The notes under the pieces were generated by a model that was not told where the DNA came from, made no database searches, and saw nothing but the letters and a program-made list of their open reading frames with translations. Made by a program: the position numbers and the translations under genes. From Octopus sinensis (Eukaryota), in the NCBI RefSeq assembly GCF_006345805.1, contig NC_043007.1, positions 29,202,001-29,266,000 of the forward strand: a DNA stretch of 64,000 bases, in the 5' to 3' direction. This document shows positions 63,579 to 64,000 of this stretch, one piece after another. Within the stretch, counting starts at the first letter, position 1. Every line of letters begins with the position of its first letter.

Positions 63579-64000
63579 TAATGCACCCTACAGAATAATG
63601 ACAAACTGATGCCAACAGATGTTTTGTCCTACAACTTTTTGTACCCAATGTAAAGAACTGATGCTCCTAAAATATCAAAGCCTGAAGAATACCAACCAGC
63701 CTCTTTTCTGCTCCACCATATGGACTTATCAAGAAAATGTCTGACGTCACTAAAATAGCAAAAACAACCACATGACCTGAATTGACCAATAGAAATCTAA
63801 AATGCTCTCCCCTCACAGAAACCATTGAAAACCTTTTCATTCTTTTCTCTCTGTTTACAAACGTCTGATGCTGTGGCTGTGATCTATGACCATAAAACTT
63901 TAAGTAGTGTGGTGCTGAGTCAAACTGTTGTGTAATAAGTGTAACACCAATCAAATATGTTGAGTGCAAGTTTGTTTTGTTTGAAAACACACCCGAGTGT

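Noticed and set aside
63667-63990. 107-aa minus-strand ORF at window edge
   Set aside because: No recognisable domain; could be chance or degraded repeat

Overview
AT-rich, microsatellite- and transposon-dense animal genomic DNA. The SINE/LINE repertoire strongly suggests an octopus (coleoid cephalopod); this is inferred from repeat families, not proven. Two minus-strand genes can be spliced by hand with consistent GT-AG phases: a complete 6-exon ZCRB1 (U11/U12-31K, 208 aa, 58693-52086) and a 2-coding-exon, cysteine-free CD225/dispanin-family membrane protein (120 aa, 6598-1518). A probable terminal exon of a third gene lies at 62202-62118. The rest is mobile DNA: several RTE-type LINE fragments with a PHD-like finger inside the RT region, a nearly complete APE+RT CR1/L2-group LINE embedded in (TA)n, CR1 and R4/Dong 3' ends, Helitron, Tc1/mariner and Penelope remnants, hAT MITEs with 8-bp TSDs, and many tRNA-derived SINEs. 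The most unusual signals are (i) a high density of different Penelope-type minimal hammerhead ribozyme motifs, two with intact catalytic cores on the gene-sense strand and several in foldback arrangements, (ii) an ORF1-only (HAL1-like) retroelement whose 3' tail is shared with a SINE, and (iii) a SINE/LINE pair with a covarying 3' stem-loop. Repeat boundaries are approximate unless a TSD is given.
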